A stretch of DNA of 50,342 nucleotides. It comes from Bacteroidales bacterium (lineage in GTDB: Bacteria > Bacteroidota > Bacteroidia > Bacteroidales > UBA932). The translations under genes and the position numbers were made by a program. The stretch is taken from the NCBI GenBank assembly GCA_024689985.1, contig JAILCZ010000152.1, positions 1 to 50,342 on the forward strand, in the 5' to 3' direction. Below the pieces are notes generated by a model. That model searched no databases and was not told the DNA's origin. It saw only the letters and a list, made by a program, of their open reading frames with translations. Every line of letters begins with the position of its first letter. Within the stretch, counting starts at the first letter, position 1. Positions 49,752 to 50,342 of this stretch are shown here, in pieces.

Positions 49752-50054
49752 AACTAAAATTCGAGCTGCAAAGATACGCCAAATTTTCACAACCATCCCT
49801 ATCACTAATGATGGTTCATCTCCCCCTCTCCCCAAAACCAGCCCTTCCCACATAGCCCTCCTCTCCCCTCCTGGTAAATCTGAATTCTCCCGATATCTAT
49901 CCTTCGGCTCGGCAGAGGAGCCGATTGGAGAGGCACCGGCATCCGCTTTCGAGTGAGTGAGCGGGCAAGCGGAGCGCGACAGTGCCGCTATCCGGGAAGC
50001 CGCCCGAATGACCGAAGCCGTTCGTTTCCAGGCAACTGACAAGCATAGCTGATT

Positions 50055-50342
50055 TGTTTGTCCCGAAAACAGCCGTCCTCCGTGGATTTCACGGCTAGCA
50101 GGTGGGTGTTGTCCCGAAAATGCCCGTCCCACGTGGAGAAGATCGGGTTGCAGGTGGGTGTTGTCCATAAAAAGGGCGTCCTGCGTGGATTTCGCGGGTC
50201 GCAGGTGGGTGTTGTCCATAAATAAGGCGTCCTGCGTGGATTTCGCGGGTCGCAGGCGGGTGTTGTCCATAAATAAGGCGTCCTGCGTGGATTTCGCAGG
50301 TTGCAAGTGGGTGTTGTCCATAAAAAGGGCGTCCTGCGTGGA
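50055..50342. repeat. Tandem array of at least six 51-bp units, truncated by the window end
   Basis: The anchor TTGTCC recurs at 50058, 50109, 50161, 50212, 50263 and 50314. Confidence 0.95.

Noticed and set aside
49752-50321. N-terminal 190-aa extension of the 310-aa ORF
   Set aside because: Read-through of repeats and the structured element; a -7 promoter element at 49776-49769 and family similarity place the start at 49751.

Overview
Bacteroidales-type chromosomal window (TAnnTTTG promoters, holB-ricT-gldH and DUF4271-hemD-rnpA-yidD synteny). The genus cannot be fixed from sequence alone. The left ~9.7 kb is accessory: a truncated fimbrillin-like lipoprotein preceded by an unannotated 50-aa peptide gene, an AT-rich array of five mosaic paralogous exported proteins, an IS3 right-end remnant and a 51-bp tandem repeat array. 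The middle is mostly housekeeping: Oar-like TonB-dependent receptor, SAM-II riboswitch plus metK, miaA, smpB, trmB, holB, RND efflux, lgt, pgk, queH. The right ~11 kb is the most interesting part. It is a putative iron-acquisition island: feoAB, then porin, imelysin lipoprotein, di-heme c-type lipoprotein and a dedicated CcsBA, then a hemerythrin-like protein and a LuxR (CdhR-like) regulator. An 18-bp palindrome (ATCCCTA-N4-TAGGGAT) lies exactly 22 nt upstream of the -7 element in three promoters. One of these promoters drives no protein but a ~110-nt terminator-ended candidate sRNA. A second array of the same 51-bp repeat family, in opposite orientation, closes the window. All family calls are by motif recognition without database searches.
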